NCBI GenBank assembly: GCA_013239625.1
Contig: MU054323.1
Coordinates: 4,814,214 to 4,878,213 of the forward strand
DNA length: 64,000 bases
DNA from: Lama guanicoe
Lineage: Eukaryota
Reading direction: 5' to 3'
The translations under genes were made by a program, and so were the position numbers. Positions within the stretch are counted from its first letter, which is position 1; the number at the start of each line of letters is the position of its first letter. Positions 56,284 through 64,000 of the stretch are shown here, one piece after another. The notes under the pieces are model-generated. The model saw only the letters and a list, made by a program, of their open reading frames with translations. It was not told the DNA's origin and made no database searches.

Positions 56284-59200
56284 CATTCTGGAGGGGTTGG
56301 TAGAGGTCAGTTTGACCTTTAAATACCTGAAAGACTCAAGCATGGTGGGCTTCCTCATATCTTGATTTAATTCAAATATCTGACACCTCAAGAAGCTGGA
56401 TGGGTCCTGAAGAACCAGCGCATTCTGTGACGGGCTTGCGTGGCAGGCCTGGGGGCAGCTGCCGTGCTCTAGGTGGTGTTACTGTAACAGGTTAATAAGG
56501 CCTCGGGTACATGGTGTGCAGCCTCTGATTTGGCAAATGTGCTCTTTTCTGTTCAAATTAGAAAACAAGATCAGAAACAGTCTGCATTCATGTGGGACAG
56601 ACAAAAATATTTATTTCCAATTAGGCCTCAGGACTCTGTTAAGCCTCCTGCCTTCTGTCATAAGGAAGTCCTGAGAGATCCGGACCACCTGGACATCTCC
56701 ACATCACGCTGCCCCATCACACCCATGACAGCATGCTGAGTCGGCAAGACGAGGAAGGAATGGCTAGTGCGCTGCAGGCCTTGGTGAGATGTGCAGCCCA
56801 GAACAGGGAAAACATACCCTACAAAGATTCAGAGAAATGTGGGGGGTTCTAGCATCAGAAGGGTGGCATGATATACCTTCCAAAAGTAAAAGACAAATTG
56901 TTGCCTCTCGCATTTGCCACCACAAAGAAGGAACCACAGTGCCCGACAGACCCCTTTGGGTCGACATGCAACACAGCCACACCTAAGAATAATTACCGGG
57001 AAACATGAAGACTGTAAGGAAGGCTTCCTGGAGCAGGAAAGGATGCTGGAGCAGGTCCGGGCCATGCTGCCAGCAGTGCAGCCACTTGGGTCACACAATC
57101 TAGCAAACACGGTGGCATTGGGAGTGTCAGTGGTGAGAAAGGATGCACCATGGAGCTCGTGACAAGTTCTAGTGCGAGTGTCTCAAAGCAGGCCCTTGGC
57201 TTCGACCACAGAGATTAAAACTCTGTAAGAAATGCACATCTTTTGACGTCATACTGAGTCCTGTTAGAGTTGGAGCGCCTGAGTATCGGACACAAAATGA
57301 CAATGCCTTTGGCATTTCCCACTGTGAACTGGGTTCTGTTGGGTTCACCAGGTCATGAGATCAGAGAGATAAAGGGCGCCCACATCTGGGGATGAACCGG
57401 AGCAGCACCGGAGAGAACAAACTACTCCTGAGAACACACAGGCCAGACACCACGCACCTGCAGCGCTGCACCAGCGCCCCCCGTCCGCCTGTGCCTGTGG
57501 CCAATGGAGGTTCCTGTGCAGTCAGTGAAGGGTGGAGGGAAGCAGATGGCCTCGATTTACGGATAGCTCAGCTTGGTGTGTGGGAGCAAATGGAACATGT
57601 GCGGGGGCTGCAGACCCACATTCATGGTGGCCCTGAAAGGTGGCTGAGAGTGGTAACTCTCAAAATGGGCGAAGCCACAAGCAGCTAGTCTACTTGCCTA
57701 TTCTTTTTGGAAGAAGAAATGGCCTAAGGTGCTGTGTCAAGGGCCCAGGATGAAAAGAACTAGAAGACTGGAGTCATCCTCCAGATAAAGACATGGGTAG
57801 GTCATACGGAAGTGGGCACAACATGTGGCTTTGGCGTTCATGTTCTCCCCGTGGGAAAGCGTGCACCGCAGGAGAGACGCTGAACAGCCAGGCAGGGAAA
57901 GGTGGAGGGAGGCTAAACTAGGAGTTCGGGATTTGCAGATACTGCTATATATACAATGGATAGACGATGAGGTCCTTCTGTGCAGCACAGGGAACTATTT
58001 TCAATACCTTGTAACAACCTATAATGAAAAAGAATATATATGTGTGTGTGTGTGTGCGCATAACTGAATCACCATGTTATACACCAGACACTAACAACAT
58101 TGTAGATTGACTGTATTTTAATTTAAAAAAAAGGGGGAGCTGCCAAGAGCAAATTAATAAATATAAATGAACAAATCATCAAACAAAAACCAAAACCAAA
58201 ACCAAAAACCAATCAAGTGGACAATGTGACCAAGCCAGTATCTTTAGCCAGATCTTGTCATCATCCACCCCACCACTGGCACGATGGGCACATAAACAGA
58301 GTGGTCACGATGACCAAGCCAGAGGCTATAAACAGGCCCACAGCACAGGCAGATCTATTGATACCTCAGAATGTCTAACTTATCAGCATCAGAGACCAGC
58401 ACTGAATGCCCAGTATGGCACTGTCCCTTGAGGATACCAACTGTCTGCTTGGTGGCCATTTGATTACACTGCATCCTTTTCATTCTAAAAAGACTCATAT
58501 GGATAATAGATACACCCTGGATATGGGTTTTCTTTTCCTGCCAAAACATCCAAGCCAGTGCCACTATCTGGGGGATCACAACACATCTGACGCACAGGCG
58601 TGACTTCAGATCAGGGGACTGAGGTGACGTGAAGAAAGTGCAGGAGGAAAAGAAGATACGGCCCCTGTCTACGTGAGTCATGGGCTGTATCAGATACTAT
58701 GCCATCAAGAGGCTTCTGGCCGCACAGAACACTGCAGTGACCTCCTAAAAGCACACCGGAAATGCCAACTCAGCAAACACTCTGAAGGGAGTGGGTGCCG
58801 CTCTTCATAAGACAGTGCATTTATTAAAACAAAGATCTCTCTGTAAGGTGCTCTGTCCCCAGCAGGAAGAGCATGTGTGTTCAGAAACCGAGGGGTGGAG
58901 GCATGGGTGGCTCTGCTTTACCATCATTCCCAGTGATTCCCTTGGGGGCCTTATAACTTTATCCCTTTAACCCCAGGCTCCCCATGGTTGAAGTGTACCC
59001 AAAGGGATACACTCTTGCTAAGGGACACAGATAGGAATCCTACTGAACCAAAAGTTACACCCGTTTCCAGGGCACTTCGGACCCCTTGTTCCTGGGAAAG
59101 GCAGGCTGAAAGAGGGTCACTGTATTCACAGCAGTCATTGACCTTGAGCAGCAGGATGAGATAAGGCTCTTTTTATGCAACGTGGGAGCAAGGAGAAATA

Positions 59201-59596
59201 TCTGTGAACCCAGAAGTACCTGTGGGACTTGGGCACCTCCTGGTACTTCTTTGCTCCATTAAACCGTGCAGGGTTATGTGCAGCCAGCCAGAACTGAAAG
59301 GAGAAGGACTATCAAAGTGTCAGGCCCTTCGGGAATGAAGGTTTGGATCACGCCCCCAGGTGGGCACCCAGACCTGCTGGTAGAGGTGGGCAGCTGAGGG
59401 TGAGGGGAATTTAGAATGGACGGTGGAGGATCAGCTACAGCCTAAGATCATCTGCAGCAGCAGGGCCTCTAGTTCATCCCTTAACCATTACTCTTCTGAG
59501 TTTCCCCTCAGAAAAGAAGGCTGCAAAAGACGGGGGAACGGCTCCCGTGCCTGAGTGAAAAAGAGGCAGAGCCGAGCAGCGCACGGAGGAAGAACC
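56284..59596 (+). mobile_element. ERVL (HERV16/ERV3-16-like) internal region: RT, RNase H, integrase, dUTPase; pseudogenised
   Basis: RT: GTWCAASDLANVLFSVQIRKQDQKQSAFMW...PPAFCH..LRDPDHLDI (ORF 56530) and WHDIPSK. Integrase ~58410-58620: QYGTVP..WWPFDY, GYGFSFPA, SDQGT. dUTPase ~59070-59200: GHFG, KRVTVFTAVIDLEQQDEIRLFL. Confidence 0.9.
57893..58131 (+). mobile_element. L1 3'-end fragment inserted in ERVL pol
   Basis: GGAGTTCGGGATTTGCAGATAC...CAGCACAGGGAACTATTTTCAATACCTTG...A-tail. Confidence 0.88.
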
Positions 59597-59742
59597 TGTC
59601 TCACCGACCTTTTCTTACAGGGCGTGATGATTAAGGTCTCATCAGCTGCTGAGCTCCGGAATCCATTACTAAATTATCCTGAGACCGCACTCCCTCGGGC
59701 CGCTTCCAGCCAATGAACAGGAAGGGCAGGGACACGAAGAAC
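59597..59742 (+). mobile_element. Partial 3' LTR, LTR16-like
   Basis: Follows a purine-rich PPT-like stretch; contains GGGCCGCTTCCAGCCAATGAAC...GGCAGGGACAC, recalled as typical of LTR16. Confidence 0.65.
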
Positions 59743-59749
59743 TTCTGCA

Positions 59750-60180
59750 ATATTGACACAGAAATGTATAAACAAATCAATAGCACAAGAGATTAGAGAA
59801 ATCATCAGGCATTTATTAGAAAAGAGAAGCAAATATTAAACGTGCAAAGGTGCTCAGTTAGCAAATAATCAGGACACTCAAATAGAGACAACAGTTCGCT
59901 CTTTTACAGTCATCAGATTAGCAGATAATAATGGTGCGACTGGGGAAGAGGAGGAGAGGGAGAAGCAGCCGTAATATGACAATCTCAAAAGTTGTTGAGG
60001 TTGTAAGGAAACAGGAACGCATACATGTGGTGGTATAAATTGATCCAATTATTTGGAAGAGCAGCATGGCAAAATGTAGTAAAAATGAAGATGTCCAATT
60101 CCTAAGACCTAGAGCATCAGCCACATTTCAGGTGAACATAATGAAAAAATAAAAATCTAGAGACTGGAAGCTGAAAGCAA
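59750..60180 (+). mobile_element. Very old L1 (L1ME-like) fragment
   Basis: TGCTCAGTTAGCAAATAATCAGG, GGTATAAATTGATCCAATTATTTGGAAGAGCAGCATGGCAAAAT. Confidence 0.6.
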
Positions 60181-60754
60181 TTCAAAACAGGAGGGTAAGG
60201 GTGTATAATATTGTTAAAAAGGTTGAAGGAAGGCCCCGCGCAGGGCCCTTGAGAACAACTTCCACGGCAACCCCTCGTGCTGGCCCACCTGGGATGCCGC
60301 TGTCCCTGCCACAGCAAGGACTCCAGGGAATCGGGATGGAATGCCACCGCATAGCTGTTATCCCGGGGTCAGGAAGCTGGCACCACAATCGTTAGCTCCA
60401 GGGCCACAACACAACTGCAGTTCACAGGCACAAATGTGCCCTGTATCCGGGATCTGGACAGTGGGACAGTGGGACATTGTCTGCTGCTGGAAAAATAGTA
60501 AATAAAAAGCCTCTGTGCCTGCTTGTTGGCAGAACAATCCAGCCTTCGCCTCCTTTCCCCTCCCAAGGTTCCATGTGAATATCTGACTGGGAAATCTAAA
60601 ACAATCTGCTAGGACAGACTGAGGGGAGCTTCTGACTTTCCAGATTTTACGATATGGTCGGGCAAATTAGAAGATGTCTAAAATGGAAGCTGAACCCCGA
60701 TCTACTAGATCCATCACATCTAGCAATTTCACTTCTAAGCATACAACCTAGAGC

Positions 60755-60950
60755 ACCGTTTGTCCATAGGGGAGGTTCTGGCGTTTTGGATGGCCAGTTC
60801 TTTACTGTGCCAGATATTAGCTGTGGGATGTGAAGCATCCCTGGCCCCTGGTACCAACTGCCAGTCGTGACGTCCAGACATCACTGTGAGCAAACTGCAC
60901 AGACACATCTGCAAACACCCTTGAGGAGGAGAGTACACCCCCCTGCATAT
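60755..60950 (-). mobile_element. MER20-like hAT-Charlie MITE
   Basis: GGATGTGAAGCATCCCTGGCCCCTGG...TGCCAGT...ACACATCTGCAAACACCC. Confidence 0.6.
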
Positions 60951-62459
60951 GAGTCCCTTCCCTGAAGTGTTTTCAGCATCTTTGCATATGGATATTTGTA
61001 GCAGCAATGGCAATTACCATGAAAAAGATTAAGCTTCTATATGACCATCAACAGTGGAATAAAATGGAGCGATATATTCAGCTGTATAACTTGCAGCAAT
61101 TAAAATGCATGAATCATCGACATGTTATCAGTGAGGACAATTATCAAACAGATACTCTTTTGTGGCAGGGGGAACAAGTTGTAAAAGAGCTGCTATGACT
61201 GAGTCCAATGCTTGACAATCCTGTAGATATAGCTTGAGGATATGTAGACAAAATTAGCCTCTTGAGCTAGTGTGAGACCAGTCTTCTGGGAGTAAAAAGG
61301 GCTCCTGTTATTTTGTTTGTTTATTCCTTTGCATGTCTGTTGATATCAAACGATTAGAGTTTACAAGGTAGCAGAGGTTATAATGACATCAGTACACACA
61401 GAATATGGTAATATTTGTATAGCAGACTGTGGTAATTTGATGAGGCTGTTTGAGACCAGAGGTGACAAGCCCAGGGGCTGTGGCTGTCTGGAGTTTCAAC
61501 CCAGCCTCCACAGGGGCTGAAATAATCAATATTGCAAGCAACTTTAACCCACTTGATGGGTTAACCTTTGGGAAGATCTGTCGTAATAAGAATCAACAAA
61601 CAGTAGTCACACTGGCCTCAGTTTATTCTGCCAGATCAGACTTTTCCTTGACAGCGTTAGGTTTTTGAGACTAGTATCACCAATATAAACTAAATACAAC
61701 GAAATGAGATCTATTTAGAAGAGGAAGCCCACAAGAGCAAACACCATGTTAAATCCATTTTTGTATTTCCACCTACTCCCTGAGAGCTAAGCCCTGTGCT
61801 TGCTGCACCTAAATGTTTGTTAACTTAGTGGGTCCAGGGCTGATTCCCATTCAAACCCCTAGATCGCAGCCCCAGGCTTCATTACACAATGATGAAAAGG
61901 GCAGAGAAAGAAAAGTTTCCGATTACACACTGTTCCCGTGGGAGGATTTTGTCCTAAAAAGGATGTCTGGTGAGCAAACACAAAACACCAGGCTGTCCCC
62001 AAACCCAAGAAATTCTCCCCAAACCCTGAAAACAACTCCAATCTTAGCCATCACTACAAACTAAATCAGTTACAGAGTAGTCCACCAACAGAGATTTACT
62101 TACACAGTGTGCTCAGAAAACTTTGTTGCAAATTCTGCCAAGCCTGTTTCAGAACAATAACCAAACAAATGTTTTTAAGAAGATGACAAAGAAGAAAGAA
62201 GAGGGGAGGAGGAGGGGGAAGAGGCTGGAAAAGAGGGGGAGATGGAGGAAGGGGGGAGAGGAGGAGGGGGGGGAGAGGAGAGCAGTGGCAACATCAGCTC
62301 CAACAACAATGTCTTTCCTGCTCTTCCAGGAAATCAGAAAATCCCATGTGGACTGAATGCCTTTTTGCCTTCTGAGTCAATCACCAGGTCTGGGACATTT
62401 TTTTCTTTGGGGGAGGCAGGTCTCCTGCCCTTCTGGGAAGGCATAATGCCCCTTCCCTC

Positions 62460-62610
62460 CCCGGGATGTTTGGGGATCGGTGTGTTTCCGATCGCGCCCT
62501 CGGCCTCACCTGCTCTCTCTGATCTGTTCTGATCGATCGTTAACGCGATGAAGAGACGGCAGGTGAAGCGGTGCCCAGGTTGGAACTCACATGCCAATAT
62601 TGCTTCCATC
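62460..62610. promoter_or_regulatory. Small CpG-dense patch, possible regulatory element or first exon
   Basis: 12 CpGs counted in ~115 bp (62460-62575) against a CpG-poor background; minus-strand donor CAG|GTGAGG at 62510/62509. Confidence 0.4.
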
Positions 62611-63784
62611 CCGGCTTGATCCCCTCCCTTCTTCCCAAAGCTCTATTTTAGTGCCTCCTGCTCATGAATCAAATGTTTTCTGCTTGTGAACCACATCATG
62701 CACCTGGCTGAAGCACTGCTTAGATTTCCTCTCTGGGGTATAGTTTGTGTGAAGCCCACTGAGTTGAAAGTCCTCCTGCATTTGCTCTTTCCGACACCTG
62801 GGAGGCAGAGCAGCGGCTGACCGTTTTGTATTCCAGCCGCTAAATGTGAGAAAGTCAGATGGAGACAGAAAGTTCAAGGTCTGGCCACATTCAGCGTTGG
62901 TATCACAGGGCTGCACACTTCGACTATCATTTGTAAGGCAGGGATACTGGCTTCAGAAACATTTTCCATTTGAGACATAAGAACAGCCAAATCCTCTTAA
63001 GTCTTCAATTTTATTCATTCACCAGACCAAAATCATAAACCCTGTCACAAAAATCACTTGTTCTGAGGCACTGTCCAAATGAAAGGGCAGGGTTTTCTGA
63101 TGTTTCCCGGGAGCCCGGACATGGTTTCATCACGCTGCTAGCACAGGAAAGTGAGAGAGAGGACCTGGGTTAGCATGTCCGGCTCATTGTTTTCCGAAAA
63201 GGCTACCGGGAAGTGATAACACCAGTGGGAATTTAGCTATGATATTGTTAAACATTTATCCTGGAATCCAAAATACAGAAACTCAAATAACAAGGTACTT
63301 CTCAAAGCCTCATAAAATGGTAATTGAGGGAGAGACACTCAGCCCACTAGAACAAACCAAGGCTTTAGAATTGCATGGACTGGAGAAGTGGAGATTGATG
63401 CAGCCTCTGCCTTCTTGCTGTGGGAAACCGGAGAATCCTCTTGCCCTCTCTGAGCTTAAGTTTCCGCATCAGCAGCGTGTGGCTAAATGCCATCTGGCTT
63501 TGGGGATTGTTGTGAAATTTGTTAAATAGCTACTACGTGTGCCTAATTATCACCTCAACACCATAAATTTCTTAATGATGCGCCTTATACATATCAGAGA
63601 GAATGATTGCTCCCGATAGTGTAGCATTTGGTGTCCTGAAGCATTAGCAGAACTCAAGGCCTTCCCGAGAACCAGATCTTTGAAAATATTGGTAGACTAA
63701 ATGGGCTCTTGCTTAAGTCATTCATTTAGTTAATATGAATTTAATTCCTCACCAGACTTTCAGCACCTAGCTAAAAACAAAATA

Positions 63785-63996
63785 GAGTTGACCCTTGAAC
63801 AACATGGTTGAACTGCCCAGACCTGCTTATAGGCCATATTTTTAATAAATACATACAGTACCGCATATCTGCTGTTGGCTGAATCCTTAGATGCAGAACA
63901 GCGGATAGGAGGCCAACCATGGGGCTTGAGCATCCGTGAATTTTGGATTCTGAGGAGTCCTGGAACCAATCACCCACAGATACCTAGGGACGGCTG
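63785..63996. mobile_element. MER8/Tigger2-like MITE, complete
   Basis: TA|GAGTTGACCCTTGAACAAC ... CCTGGAACCAATCACCCACAGATACCTAGGGACGGCTG|TA. Confidence 0.88.
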
Positions 63997-64000
63997 TAGT

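Overview
AT-rich, repeat-dense mammalian DNA that reads as intronic or intergenic. The young L1 3' ends resemble cetartiodactyl, probably camelid, L1s, and I saw no Alu, B1, Bov-A or PRE SINEs; the species call is inference. No intact protein-coding gene is recognisable: the listed ORFs are chance ORFs or retroelement remnants. The main gene-derived feature is an ancient processed pseudogene of MDM2 (~41461-44583, +). It appears to keep the exon-1 5'UTR, the distal polyA signal and a degenerate target-site duplication (TSD), yet lacks the p53-binding-domain exons, and an L1 fragment splits its RING domain. Also present: a three-level nest (L2 > Tigger2 MITE > 2.7 kb L1 with both ends and three internal deletions), a two-LTR MaLR provirus, an ERVL pol-dUTPase-LTR16 fossil, a second very decayed ERVL-like pol, and a speculative minus-strand spliced non-coding unit behind an IRF/ETS motif. 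Repeat subfamily names and MDM2 alignments rest on recalled consensus sequences, not searches. Coordinates of old repeats are approximate.
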